Shown: positions 1 through 12,358 of the stretch, in pieces
How positions within the stretch are numbered: position 1 is the stretch's first letter
Layout of the letters: every line of letters begins with the position of its first letter
Notes under the pieces: model-generated
Told to the model about the DNA's origin: nothing
What the model saw: the letters and a program-made list of their open reading frames with translations, nothing else
The model's database searches: none
Position numbers and translations under genes: made by a program
NCBI GenBank assembly: GCA_963794065.1
Contig: CAWCDA010000012.1
Coordinates: forward strand, 3,032-67,031
Direction: 5' to 3'
Length of the DNA: 64,000 nt
From: an uncultured Actinomycetes bacterium
GTDB lineage: Bacteria; Actinomycetota; UBA4738; HRBIN12

Positions 1-8
1 ACGTTCCC

Positions 9-2347
<2,339 letters not shown>

Positions 2348-2360
<13 letters not shown>

Positions 2361-2986
2361 CCGGGCGGCTCGTGATGTGCGTGTGTGAAGCGGCGATCGG
2401 GGACCAGCCAGATGACGGAGACGGCTGCGTAGCAGGCGTAGGCGAGATAGGCGCTGACGCCCGCCAGCGCGACGCCGGCCGCGTAGAGCCCGAGTGACAG
2501 ATTGCCTTTGAGGTCCGTGTGGATCGCTTGCGCGAAGGTCGAGTCCCGTCCGTTCGCACGGATCAGGGAGCGGACGAGCCAGGTGTAGCTGAGGGCGGCC
2601 GCCAGGCCGACGATGCCGAAGAACGCCGCCGGTCCTCGCGGGTCGGCTTGATCGTGCGCGGCTGTGCGCATCCATTCGGCGGCCACCGGGATCAGCGAAA
2701 GACAGAACAGCAGCAGCATGTTCGCCCACATCGCAGCCGCGCTGATCCGGTCGGTCGCGCGCAAAAGGTGGTGATGGTTGTTCCAGTAGATCGCGATGAA
2801 CAAGAAGCTCAGCACGTAGATGAACAGACCGGGCAACGCCGCGCGGATCGCGACGCGCGAGACCTCGGCCGGCGGTTCCAGCTCGAAGGCGAGCAGCGTG
2901 ATGATGACGGCCATCACGGCGTCACTGAACGCCTCGAGACGGCCCGCCCCCATGTCGAAAGGGGTTCGCGGTGGTGCCGCGCTCAT
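2348..2986 (-). CDS. TMEM175-family (DUF1211) potassium channel
   Basis: RLEAFSDAVMAVIIT signature, YWNNHH, about 6 TM segments. Confidence 0.88.
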
Positions 2987-3327
2987 TCCTCGTCGGGGCG
3001 AGGTGGCTCAGCCGTGTCCGAGCCCCGGCTCTTGACCGCCTCCGCCGCCTCGTTCACCGATGTGGAGATGGCGTTGCCGAGCGCGCCGAACGCGATCTTG
3101 AGGTCTGTCCGGGCCTCCGGATCGCGCATGGTCGCATCCAGCGCGTCGAGAGCGCGATCGAGCTGGTTGCCGATCTCCCGCGCCACTTCCTCGACCTTGC
3201 GCTGGGTCTCCTTCGTGGAGGCTTCGCCCTCCTTCGCGCCCGCCTGATACGCGTCGGCGAGTCGCTTCCCCACCGACGAGAAGCGGTTCCCGACCTCGTT
3301 CCACGCCTGCTTGGACTGGTCTGCCAT
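2983..3327 (-). CDS. Hypothetical helical protein, 114 aa
   Basis: AGGAGG RBS, ATGA overlap with the next gene, natural amphipathic composition. Confidence 0.7.
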   Translation of the reverse strand: MADQSKQAWNEVGNRFSSVGKRLADAYQAGAKEGEASTKETQRKVEEVAREIGNQLDRALDALDATMRDPEARTDLKIAFGALGNAISTSVNEAAEAVKSRGSDTAEPPRPDEE

Positions 3328-3366
3328 GTCGCGCCCTCCTGTTCGCTCGGCTCCAGCCTACGTCGG

Positions 3367-4132
3367 TCAGCCTGCAACGCCGCCACCGTCGACCGGCAGC
3401 GCGACCCCCGTCACGTACGCGGCCTCGTCGCTGGCGAGGAACAGCACTGCGCGGGCGATCTCCTCGGGGCGTTGCCATCCGCGCGATCGCTCGACCCGCG
3501 ACGGCGTCCTGCACGTACCGATCCCAGGTCATGCCCTGCGCTCGCGCATCCTCGTGCTCCATCGGCGTGTCCGTATCGCCGGGGCAGATCGCGTTGACGC
3601 GGATCCCTTGCGGTCCGTGGTCGAGCGCCATCGCCTTCGTCATGACGACCATCCCGCCCTTGGCCGCGCAATAGGCCACGGCTCGTTCCCCGCCGACCAA
3701 GCCCCACCCCGACGCGCAATGCACGATCGATCCGGCTCCTCGCTCGACCATGTGAGGCAGCGCGTACTTCGACATCAGGAACGCGCCCTTCAAGCTCGTG
3801 TCGACCTGCGCATCCCACTCGTCCTCGGAACAGGCGATCGTGTCGTTCGCCACGTAGACGCCCGCGTTGTTGAACAGGACATCGAGTCGGCCGTACGCCT
3901 CGACGGTGGCCTCGACGGCGTGGCGACACTCCTCGGCGATCCGGACGTCGGCCCGTACGAAGAGCGCCTCGCCACCGTGGCCGGCGATGGCGGCCACGAC
4001 CGCCGCGCCCCGCTCTTCGTTGCGCCCGGTGATCACGACGCGAGCCCCCTCGTCCGCGAACTGCAGGGCCGTCGCCTCGCCGATGCCCGACGTCCCGCCC
4101 GTGATCAGTGCAACGCATCCGGCGAATCGCAT
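3367..4132 (-). CDS. SDR-family oxidoreductase; apparent frameshift near 3466
   Basis: [17 protein letters not shown]; removing one base of the GGGG run at 3466-3469 restores [31 protein letters not shown] with stop at 3367. Confidence 0.85.
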
Positions 4133-4175
4133 GGTTGGACCACCTTCCCTGTCGAGAGGTCGACGATACCTCCGC

Positions 4176-5043
4176 TCAGATCGGCAGTGGTCGGGCGGTC
4201 GCCGCTCGATGCAGGCGGGGCAGGCCGAACCAGTGCTCGAGACCGGCCAGCAGCCCGTAGTGGCTGTACGACTTGTGGTTCCGACGGCCCCGCGGGACGT
4301 GGGGGCCGGCGATGGCCGTCATGACGCGCCCGCCGCCCCCGGTGCCGCTGGAGCCCTCGTCGAAGGTGATGATGACGTCGGCGCCCCGCTTCCAGAGCGG
4401 TGGGACATGCGCGGCCAGCCACCGGTCGCCGGCGGCGATCGAGCAGTCGTGCATGTCGTGGCAGACGTTGGGCGACACGAATGTGAACGGGCGAAGGTGC
4501 GACGGCAGGTGGCCGGGGTACCGACGATCTCGCGCGCGGCACATCCGCGGGAACAAGCTCGCGTAATACGCGGGTGGGTTGTGTTTCACCGCGTAGGAGC
4601 CGCTCGAGTTGAGCGTGCAGCGCGAGGGCATCGACTCCATCCAGCCCGCCCACCCGATCCCCGCGTGCGACAGCTGGTGGAAGATGTTGTCCGTCCTGTA
4701 GGTCCGACGAGGGCAGGTGTCGCTCCGGCAGCCGCTCGTCGTGCCCGACGTCATCGCCAGATAGTTCGGCAACGACGGGTGATGCGTCGCGTGGTAGGAC
4801 GTGAACAGCGTGCCCCGGCGGATGAAGGAGCGATTCAGCCAGCGCGCAGACGGGGAGCCGACGATCGAGCCGAACTCGTGGTTCTCCAACACGATGAGCA
4901 CGATCGGCGGTCGGGTCGCGCGGGCGGCGCGCGGTATCGAGGCGGGGGAAGCCGGAAAGGCTCGGCGCCGAGGCCTGAGTGGCGGTCGGCTGGGCAAGCG
5001 CGAGGCACGCGAGCGCGGCGAGGACGAGGCGGGCGGTCTTCAT
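4176..5043 (-). CDS. Secreted phosphoesterase (acid phosphatase/phospholipase C-like family); apparent frameshift near 4945
   Basis: IVLENH, HPSLPNY, KHNP, DMHD, ITFDE motifs; signal peptide MKTARLVLAALACLALA from ATG 5043 lies in another frame. Confidence 0.8.
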
Positions 5044-5097
5044 GGGGGGAGTGCCAGACCATAGCAACCCGCAGGCCGCTCGCGGTAGGTTCGCGGC

Positions 5098-6102
5098 ATG
5101 GAGAGAGGCGAGCGTGTGCGGTGGGGGATCCTCGGGACGGCCGGGATCGCGGCGAGCGCCTTCCTGCCCGCACTCGCCGAGGCGGGCGGCGGCGAGGCGG
5201 CCGCCGTGGCGAGCCGGGACGGCGCCCGTGCGGCGAGATGGGCGGCGCAGCACGGCATCACCCGCGGCGTCGAGGGGTACCGCCCGGTGATCGAGGACCC
5301 CACGATCGAGGCCGTGTACATCCCGCTGCCCAACGGATTGCACGCCGAGTGGACGATCGCGGCCCTGGAAGCCGGCAAGGCGGTGTTCTGCGAGAAGCCA
5401 TTGTGCGCCACGCCCGAGGAAACGGCGCGGGTGCTGACGGTCGCGGCGAGCACGCCCGGCCCACTGTGGGAAGCGTTCGTCTTTCCCTTCCATCCGCAGG
5501 TGCGGCGGCTTCGTTCGCTGCTCGACGAGGGCGCGATCGGTCAGGTGCGCGAGGTGTCCTCGCGGTTCCATTTCTCGCTGGACGACCCGCAGGACGTGCG
5601 CCTGCTCGCATCGCTGTCGGGCGGGTCCACGCAGGATGTCGGCTGTTACCCGATCCGGTTGGCTCGGCTCGTCTTCGAGGCCGAGCCGGACTCCTCGGGC
5701 GCGATCGCCGACGCCGTGTGGGCGGACGGGGTGGACCTCGAGCTCTGGGGCGCGCTGACCTTTCCGGGCGAGCGGCGGCTCCTCCTGTCGTGCGGGTTCC
5801 GCAGCGCCGACGATACGTTCACGCGCGTGCTCGGCACCGAGGGCGAGATCCGCATGACGAACCCTTTCCATCCGGACGCCGGTGACACGCTGGTGCTCGT
5901 CCGGGACGACGACGTCGTCTCGGAGCCGGCGGTGCCCGACGGGGAGCGGTCATTCACGCCCGCGATCCGGCACATCCACCGCGCGATCCGCGGCCTCGAG
6001 CCGCCGCAGCACCTTGCCGTCGACGAGGCGGCCGGCAACGCGGCGGCGATCGGCGCGCTGCTGGCCGCCGCCGGCTCGACCGCGTCGGCTCGAGTGGGGT
6101 AG
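5098..6102 (+). CDS. Gfo/Idh/MocA-family oxidoreductase
   Basis: WGILGTAGIA, YIPLPNGLH, CEKP, DVGCY. Confidence 0.92.
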   Translation: MERGERVRWGILGTAGIAASAFLPALAEAGGGEAAAVASRDGARAARWAAQHGITRGVEGYRPVIEDPTIEAVYIPLPNGLHAEWTIAALEAGKAVFCEKPLCATPEETARVLTVAASTPGPLWEAFVFPFHPQVRRLRSLLDEGAIGQVREVSSRFHFSLDDPQDVRLLASLSGGSTQDVGCYPIRLARLVFEAEPDSSGAIADAVWADGVDLELWGALTFPGERRLLLSCGFRSADDTFTRVLGTEGEIRMTNPFHPDAGDTLVLVRDDDVVSEPAVPDGERSFTPAIRHIHRAIRGLEPPQHLAVDEAAGNAAAIGALLAAAGSTASARVG

Positions 6103-6132
6103 CGTTCGGGCTCCTGAGCGGCGGAGGATCGG

Positions 6133-6531
6133 ATGGCGACCAACCTGGAAGTACTCGGAACGATCCCGCTGTTCGCCGCACTGTCCAAACGGCAACGGCG
6201 CAAGCTACTCGGCGGGATGCGGGTGTTCGACTACGAGCCGGGGCACTCGATCGTCCGCCAGGGAGATGAGGGCGAGACGATGTTCGTGGTGCTCGACGGC
6301 GAGGCGCGGGTCATACGCCGCGGTCGCACCGTCGGGCGGCTGCTGCCGGGTGATGTGTTCGGTGAGGTCTCGGTGTTCGACACGCGCCCCCGCACCGCGA
6401 CCGTGCAGACCGTGACGCCGACCACGTGTCTGGCGCTGCACCGAGACGAGCTCCGGAAGATGCTCGCCGATGAGCCGCGCGCCGCCTGGGCGCTCCTCGG
6501 GTCGCTCGCACGTCGGCTGCGAGGCGACTGA
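6133..6531 (+). CDS. Stand-alone cyclic nucleotide-binding domain protein
   Basis: IVRQGDEG, GDVFGE and PRTATV phosphate-binding cassette; no HTH. Confidence 0.9.
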   Translation: MATNLEVLGTIPLFAALSKRQRRKLLGGMRVFDYEPGHSIVRQGDEGETMFVVLDGEARVIRRGRTVGRLLPGDVFGEVSVFDTRPRTATVQTVTPTTCLALHRDELRKMLADEPRAAWALLGSLARRLRGD

Positions 6532-6534
6532 CGC

Positions 6535-7350
6535 TTACGTGCGCAGCGCGGGGAACCGCGTGCGCAGGCCCTTGGCGCGCACCTGGTAGACCTGCTCGCG
6601 CGTCGGCATGCCCGCGAGCGCCGGCGAGCCGGCGGGGGCGAGGCGCACGCCGGCCAGCGGGGACCGGAGCGCGCCGTGCGTTCGCGTCGAGACGAGGATC
6701 TGCCCGCCGTGGCCCGCCGCGCAGATCCGCGCGACGGTGTGCAACGAGAGGCCGACGTATCCGTCGTCGGTGAGCGTCGGCCGGCCGGTGTGCACGCCCA
6801 TCCGGACGCGCACCTCGGCTCCTGCGGGCCAGGCGTGCCGGGCCAGGGCGCGCTGGATCTCGACCGCGGCCTCGATGGCGGCGCCGGGCCGTGCGAACAC
6901 CGCGAGGTACTCGTCGCCGTGCGCGTCCACCTTGAAGCCGCCGCTTCGCCGCACGCACGAGCGGATCTGCGCCCGGACATCGCGGAGCACCACGGCGTAG
7001 GCGTTGCCGAGGCGCCGGAGCAACCCGGTTGAGCCCTCGATGTCGGCAAGCAGGAACGTGACGGTGCCGGTGGGCAGGCTCGACAGGTCAGGCGAGCGCC
7101 GTTCGGACCGGAGCTGCCCGGTCACGAACCCGACGGGCACGATCCCGTGTCTCTTGGCCGCGTTCAGCAGGCGACGCCGAGCTCGATCGCGCGCCTCGTC
7201 GCTCTCGAAGCGGACCCGATCGAAGCGCGCAAGCGCGTTGCGCACGTGGGCCTCGTCGTTGATCGGCAGCGATCGCTTGCCGTCGGGGGCGATGTAGGCG
7301 AACGCTCGATCCGGGAGTTTCGCTCGTTGGGTGGCGCTCAGCTTCGCCAT
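6535..7350 (-). CDS. Class III nucleotide cyclase with N-terminal DUF6582-like domain
   Basis: N-term RAKLPDRAFAY..LPINDEAHVRNALARF; cyclase LLADIEGST, GDEYLAVF, RMGVHTG. Confidence 0.85.
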   Translation of the reverse strand: MAKLSATQRAKLPDRAFAYIAPDGKRSLPINDEAHVRNALARFDRVRFESDEARDRARRRLLNAAKRHGIVPVGFVTGQLRSERRSPDLSSLPTGTVTFLLADIEGSTGLLRRLGNAYAVVLRDVRAQIRSCVRRSGGFKVDAHGDEYLAVFARPGAAIEAAVEIQRALARHAWPAGAEVRVRMGVHTGRPTLTDDGYVGLSLHTVARICAAGHGGQILVSTRTHGALRSPLAGVRLAPAGSPALAGMPTREQVYQVRAKGLRTRFPALRT

Positions 7351-7387
7351 GAGCCGACGATACCGCCGCGGTCTGACGCCTCGCGGC

Positions 7388-7774
7388 TCACCACATGGAC
7401 GCTGGTTTGTCCTCCTCGACGACGTCCACGGGCGGCGGCGGGGTCTCGACCGGTTCGGACTCGGGAACTCGGATCACGGCCTCGAGGTTCCGCTTCGTCG
7501 CCAGCCGCGCGTTCTGATCCTGGAGGTCCTCGATGCGTTGCTGGAGAAGGTGACGCCGCGCCCGGCGGGACCGGCGGACACCCGCGAAGATCAAGAGGAC
7601 GGCGAGCACACCGAGACCGAACGCGATTGCGACCAGCGCGGGGACCGACAGGTTGATCGTGGTGCCGAACAGCGAGAACGACTGCGTGGCCGCCGTGGCC
7701 ACGTCGTTCTCGATCAGGAAATCGGCCAGCACGCCGGCCGTCGCGATACCCAGCAGGATCAGCAGCACTCCCAC
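7388..7774 (-). CDS. Two-TM membrane protein with coiled-coil tail (LapA-like architecture)
   Basis: Two hydrophobic helices then RRSRRARR and a heptad tail. Confidence 0.65.
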   Translation of the reverse strand: MGVLLILLGIATAGVLADFLIENDVATAATQSFSLFGTTINLSVPALVAIAFGLGVLAVLLIFAGVRRSRRARRHLLQQRIEDLQDQNARLATKRNLEAVIRVPESEPVETPPPPVDVVEEDKPASMW

Positions 7775-7887
7775 GTGGCGGTGCCTTTCGGATCGGGGAT
7801 GGTCTCAGCCAGCACACTAGACCGATTCTCGTGCCGCGCGCTAGCCCCGGGTCGCGTTCTCGAGCGGCGCCACGTAGGGTTCTGCGG

Positions 7888-8559
7888 ATGACCGACGAGC
7901 CCAGGGTCGAGGTGACCGCGGACGGCCCCTACCGGGTGGTCGGCGACGTGCCGCTCGTGCGCACGGGGCAGGTCGAGACGGAGTATGGCGAGCCGATCGC
8001 CTGGGAGCCCGACGCTCCGCTCGAGCCACCGACGGCCCCCTACGAGCTCTGCCGGTGCGGGCGATCGTCGCGCCAACCCTTCTGTGATGCGACGCACGAG
8101 CGTGAGCCGTTCGATGGAACCGAGGTGGCCGATCGCGGCGCCTATGACGACCGCGCCTACCCGTACCACGGCGGCGATCTGACGATGTTCGACGATCGCA
8201 CGCTGTGCACTCGGGCCGGATACTGCGGCGACCGGTTCCGCAACGTGTGGGCGATGATCGCCGACGCGGCGGACCCCGAGATCGCGGCGAGGATCCGCCA
8301 TATGTCGTCCCTGTGTCCCTCGGGGCGGCTGGTCACCGAGGCCGACGGCGCAGCGTCGCGCGACGAGCTCGACTACGCGCCCTCGGTCGGCGTGATCCGT
8401 GACGGTCCGCTCTGGGTGCGCGGTGGAGTGAGGGTCGTGGCCGCCGACGGCACGCCCTACGAGGTGCGCAACCGAGTCACGCTGTGTCGATGCGGCAACT
8501 CCGGCAACAAGCCCTTCTGCGACGGGAGCCACGAGGACGCCGGGTTCCACGAAGGCTGA
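7888..8559 (+). CDS. Double CDGSH iron-sulfur protein with central divergent 4Fe-4S domain
   Basis: LCRCGRSSRQPFCDATH and LCRCGNSGNKPFCDGSH; central CTRAGYC...CPSG; ATG at 7888. Confidence 0.9.
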   Translation: MTDEPRVEVTADGPYRVVGDVPLVRTGQVETEYGEPIAWEPDAPLEPPTAPYELCRCGRSSRQPFCDATHEREPFDGTEVADRGAYDDRAYPYHGGDLTMFDDRTLCTRAGYCGDRFRNVWAMIADAADPEIAARIRHMSSLCPSGRLVTEADGAASRDELDYAPSVGVIRDGPLWVRGGVRVVAADGTPYEVRNRVTLCRCGNSGNKPFCDGSHEDAGFHEG

Positions 8560-8572
8560 TGATCCGGCGGCC

Positions 8573-8842
8573 TCAGCCGTTGCGGCGAGCGGCCGAACGC
8601 GCGGTCGAGCCCAGATCGAGGAACACCGCGATCCCGAGCCACAGGAAGTCGAACGAGGCCACGCCGCCGGGCGCCACGAGCACCCACACGATCGTCGTGA
8701 TCGGCAGGAAGATCACGCCGAGAAGCGGCCACACCCACGAGCCGTCGAACGCCTTGTCCCAACGTTCCGGACGGAGGATCCAGTACAGGACGGCCGCCAA
8801 ACGGGGGGCGAACCCCGTCAGGATGATCAGCAGGCATCCCAT
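8573..8842 (-). CDS. Small membrane protein, 89 aa
   Basis: AGGAGG RBS before MGCLL; PRLA..W and GVIFLPITT; three hydrophobic segments. Confidence 0.75.
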   Translation of the reverse strand: MGCLLIILTGFAPRLAAVLYWILRPERWDKAFDGSWVWPLLGVIFLPITTIVWVLVAPGGVASFDFLWLGIAVFLDLGSTARSAARRNG

Positions 8843-8907
8843 CGCACCCTCCTTCCGGCGGCGGTCAGTATGCCTTGCCGCGCGTCGCCGACGCCACTCG
8901 CGTTCGC

Positions 8908-8933
8908 GTTTCCGTTCCGCATGGCGCGGGTAG
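8908..8933 (+). promoter_or_regulatory. SigB/SigF-type promoter
   Basis: GTTT-N16-GGGTAG upstream of the 8976 gene. Confidence 0.75.
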
Positions 8934-8975
8934 ACGTCATCCGGATCTCGAACACAGAACGCGGGAGGTGGTCTC

Positions 8976-9302
8976 ATGCCCCGTACAGCGTGGAGCGCGA
9001 AGCGGGAACGGCAATACGAGCACATCAAGGACGGCCTCCAAGAGCAGGGTCGACCGGAGGATCTCGCCGAGGAGATCGCGGCGCGGACGGTGAACAAGGA
9101 GCGGGCGCGCGCCGGCGAGGCACGGACGGCGAGCCGGAGTTCGACCGACGACATCTCCTCGGGACGCCGCGGCGGGCTCCGATCCCACCGCGGTCCCGGC
9201 GGCCGTACGTTCGAGCAGCTGTACAACGAGGCGAAGGAGCGAGGGATCAAGGGCCGTTCGAAGATGAACAAGCAACAGCTTGAGCGGGCCCTGCGGCGAT
9301 AG
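8976..9302 (+). CDS. Basic stress protein often annotated plasmid stabilization protein; C-terminal Rho-N-like motif
   Basis: KRERQYEHIK, IAARTVNKERA, LYNEAKERGIKGRSKMNKQQL. Confidence 0.85.
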   Translation: MPRTAWSAKRERQYEHIKDGLQEQGRPEDLAEEIAARTVNKERARAGEARTASRSSTDDISSGRRGGLRSHRGPGGRTFEQLYNEAKERGIKGRSKMNKQQLERALRR

Positions 9303-9316
9303 CGATCGCCGCGACC

Positions 9317-10681
9317 TCAGGCAGGCACGAGTCGCGCCGCCTGCTGCATCGCCTCCTGAAGCGATGACGACAGGGTCGGGTACGCGTGGATCGTCGCCGC
9401 GCCCGTCTCGAGGGGGATACCGCCGCGCATCATCGCCGCGATCTCATGGATCATCGCGCCGGCTTGGGTCGCCACGATGTGGCCTCCGAGGATCCGCCCC
9501 CGCGCATCGGCCACGATCTTGACGATTCCCGCTTCCTGGTCGTCGATCATGGAACGCTCGTTGTCCGCGATCCGTGCACACCCGACGCGCACGTCCAGGC
9601 CGGCCTCTCGCGCCGCTCGCTCGGTGAGTCCGACGCTGGCTACCTCCGGGTCGCAGAACGTGACCCGCGGCACGACCCGATAGTCGCGGGCTCGGTGACC
9701 GCCCAAGAGGTTCTCGACGACGATGCCGGCCTCGTACGTGCCGACGTGCGTGAACAGGAGCTCACCGGTGACGTCTCCGGCCGCCCAGATGTCGGGGGCG
9801 GTCGTTCGCAGGACGTCGTCGAGTACGGGCGCGCCCGCCTCGGTGCGTTCCACACCCGCGGCCACCAGATCTTGGCCGGCCAATCTCGGCCTCCGACCCG
9901 TCGCCACGAGGAGCTCCTCCGCGCGTATCAGCTGTCGCCCGACCACCAGTTCCCAGCCCTCGGCGCCGTGGGTGGCTCGTTCGACGGACGCGTCGGCGAG
10001 CAGCTCGATCCCGTCGGCCTCGAGGACAGGCGAGATGCTGGCAGCGACGTCCTCGTCCTCGGCGGGCAGGATGTGGGGTGCGGCCTCGATCACGGTCACC
10101 CGACTGCCGAACCGCGCGTAGATCTGTGCGAACTCGACACCGATCGCGCCGCCCCCGACGATCGCGAGCGAGGCAGGCACCGTCGTGGGCGCCCAGATCG
10201 CCTCGACGTTCGTCCAGACAGGCCCATCGACGAGGCCCGGCACGGGCGGCAGGATCGGCTCGGAACCGGTCGTGACGACGATCGACGCCGCCGTCAGGAT
10301 CGAGCCGTCCGCGAGCTCGATCTCGTGCGGCCCGATGATGCGCGCCTCCTGTTCGAACACGTCGATGCCGGCGCGGGCGAACGGCGTCGCGCCCTGACCG
10401 GAGCCGTGGTCGATCACGGTTCGCATTCGCTCGCGAACGGCGGGCAGGTCGACCTCGACGCCGGTGACTCGTACGCCCGTCCGGCCTGCGCGGCGCGCGT
10501 TCGTGGCGAGCGCGGCCGCGCGCAGCATCACCTTGGTCGGGACGCATCCGTCGTGGCTGCAGGTCCCACCCAGGAGGTGTCGCTCCGCCAGGCCGATACG
10601 ACCCGCGCCCGCCCTCGCGAGTTGGAAGGCGACCTCCGATCCGGTCGCGCCGCCGCCGATGACGAAGGTGTCGAATTCCAT
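9317..10681 (-). CDS. Class I pyridine nucleotide-disulfide oxidoreductase (MerA/LpdA-like, atypical C-terminus)
   Basis: IGGGATG, GGTCSHDGCVPTK redox disulfide, GGGAIG, WAAGD; ends HAYPTLSS without a Cys pair. Confidence 0.9.
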   Translation of the reverse strand: MEFDTFVIGGGATGSEVAFQLARAGAGRIGLAERHLLGGTCSHDGCVPTKVMLRAAALATNARRAGRTGVRVTGVEVDLPAVRERMRTVIDHGSGQGATPFARAGIDVFEQEARIIGPHEIELADGSILTAASIVVTTGSEPILPPVPGLVDGPVWTNVEAIWAPTTVPASLAIVGGGAIGVEFAQIYARFGSRVTVIEAAPHILPAEDEDVAASISPVLEADGIELLADASVERATHGAEGWELVVGRQLIRAEELLVATGRRPRLAGQDLVAAGVERTEAGAPVLDDVLRTTAPDIWAAGDVTGELLFTHVGTYEAGIVVENLLGGHRARDYRVVPRVTFCDPEVASVGLTERAAREAGLDVRVGCARIADNERSMIDDQEAGIVKIVADARGRILGGHIVATQAGAMIHEIAAMMRGGIPLETGAATIHAYPTLSSSLQEAMQQAARLVPA

Positions 10682-10711
10682 GGATCGGTCCAGCGCAACC
10701 CTGCCCGGAGA

Positions 10712-10876
10712 TCAGCCGGAGTCGCGCAGTTGCTTGGCGAGCGCATGGATGTTGTCCGCTGCCGACTCGACATCGATGTCGGCCGCCTTCGCGGCCCGCT
10801 CCATCTGGGCCAACGTGATGTTGTCGGTGTTGCCGTGTTGCTCGTTCGGCTGTCCACAGCCACAGGACATGCACAT
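10712..10876 (-). CDS. 54-aa protein with N-terminal CxxCGC motif
   Basis: GAGGAG RBS; MCMSCGCGQPNEQHG; ends 30 bp upstream of the reductase. Confidence 0.78.
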   Translation of the reverse strand: MCMSCGCGQPNEQHGNTDNITLAQMERAAKAADIDVESAADNIHALAKQLRDSG

Positions 10877-11010
10877 CGGTACGTCTCCTCTCGTCGCTCG
10901 ACACGTGGCTTCCACGCTCGACCCGATGTCATGAGTGGGGGAGCTGCGGCCGGCGACCCTCCCCCCGGATCGTCACCGGCCGCGAGCTCGCACCCGCCTC
11001 ACGGCGATGT

Positions 11011-11035
11011 GTACCCAGGAGGCGGTCGACGAAAC
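11011..11035 (-). promoter_or_regulatory. SigB/SigF-type promoter
   Basis: GTTT-N15-GGGTAC upstream of the CxxCGC peptide-reductase pair. Confidence 0.7.
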
Positions 11036-11075
11036 CAGAGGGGTAGGAGTGGATCGATCCGGGTAGACCGGAGGC

Positions 11076-12152
11076 ATGGTGATGACCGCGTCTCGAGACG
11101 TGACCACCGGCCGGAGCCGCGACGCGATGCCTATGCCGACGCCGCGAGGTCCGGTCAGCGCCGAGTTGATCGCCGCGTGGGCCCGTGGCGGTCCACGGTT
11201 GGTGTCGCCCGGTCAGCTCGCGCACACCCGCGCCTGGGTACGGTCGCTGCCACCGGACACGGCGGTGGAGGACGACGATCTTCATCTCGCCCTGTACGCC
11301 TGTTACGAGTTGCACTACACGGGTGTTCGCGGCGTGGACGAGCGATGGGAGTGGGAGCCGTCCCTCCTGGCGTTCCGCGGGCTTCTCGAGGAGACCTTTG
11401 AAGCAGCGCTCCGCCGGATCGTGCCGGCACCCGATCTGAAGCCGGCCCAGATCGAACGTGCGCTGGCGGTGATCACCGGCCGACCCGGTGGTGCGCTGTC
11501 GACGTTCCTCGAACGCGACGCCGATCGGCGCCAGTTCGCGGAGTTCCTCGTGCACCGGTCCGCGTACAACCTGAAGGAGGCTGACCCTCACACGTGGGTG
11601 ATCCCTCGACTCCGCGGAGATGCCAAGGCGGCCCTTGTCGAGATCCAGGCCGATGAGTACGGCGGGGGCAGCCCGGCGTGGGTGCACGCCGCGATGTTCG
11701 CCTCGGCGATGCGGGCCGCGGACCTCGACGATCGGCCGGGCGCCTACGTCGACCGCCTGCCAGGCTCGACCCTGGCGACCGTGAACCTCATGTCCTTGTT
11801 CGGTCTGCATCGTCGGCTGCGCGGCGCCGCGATGGGCCACCTCGCTGCGTTCGAGATGACGTCGTGCACGCCGAATCGCCGCTACGGCAACGGGTGGCGC
11901 CGGCTGGGAGCAGACCGAGACGCGACCGCCTACTTCGACGAGCACGTCGAGGCCGATGCGGTGCACGGCGCCCTCGCTGCCCGCGATGTGGCGGGGGCGC
12001 TGGTGAGCGCCGAGCCGGCGCTGGACCGTGAGGTGCGGTTCGGGGCGGAGGCGTTGCTCGCGCTCGAGGATCGAGCGGGCAGCTGGCTCCTCGACGCCTG
12101 GCGACGCGGGGCGACGAGCCTGCTCGAGCCGGGTAGCACGCGCGCGGCCTAA
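11076..12152 (+). CDS. Iron-containing redox enzyme (heme-oxygenase-like diiron family)
   Basis: YNLKEADPH, EIQADEYG..H, GHLAAFE, YFDEHVEADAVH. Confidence 0.88.
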   Translation: MVMTASRDVTTGRSRDAMPMPTPRGPVSAELIAAWARGGPRLVSPGQLAHTRAWVRSLPPDTAVEDDDLHLALYACYELHYTGVRGVDERWEWEPSLLAFRGLLEETFEAALRRIVPAPDLKPAQIERALAVITGRPGGALSTFLERDADRRQFAEFLVHRSAYNLKEADPHTWVIPRLRGDAKAALVEIQADEYGGGSPAWVHAAMFASAMRAADLDDRPGAYVDRLPGSTLATVNLMSLFGLHRRLRGAAMGHLAAFEMTSCTPNRRYGNGWRRLGADRDATAYFDEHVEADAVHGALAARDVAGALVSAEPALDREVRFGAEALLALEDRAGSWLLDAWRRGATSLLEPGSTRAA

Positions 12153-12358
12153 GGCGTCGGTTCGCGTCGATCCCGCCCTGACGCGTGCGTACCGTCGCAG
12201 AGGGGACGGATGGACGACCGGCCGCATCGGCAGAGCGCGATGGTCGAGCGGTGCGTCTCGATCGGCTCGCCCGCCTCATCGAAGATCTCGACGGGACCAC
12301 GCACCAGGAAGGGCCCGTTCTCATACGCGGCGATGCTCGGCGCCCGTTGCTCGCTCAC
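12149..12358 (-). CDS. CDGSH iron-sulfur microprotein
   Basis: NGPFLVRG, ALCRCGRSSIRPLCDGTH. Confidence 0.9.
   Translation of the reverse strand: MSEQRAPSIAAYENGPFLVRGPVEIFDEAGEPIETHRSTIALCRCGRSSIRPLCDGTHASGRDRREPTP

Noticed and set aside
8976-9302. Plasmid origin or toxin-antitoxin implied by the plasmid stabilization label
   Set aside because: No ParE/RelE features and no replication or mobility genes; context is a chromosomal stress regulon
9317-10681. Mercury resistance (merA) call
   Set aside because: No C-terminal Cys pair, no NmerA domain, no merR or merT nearby
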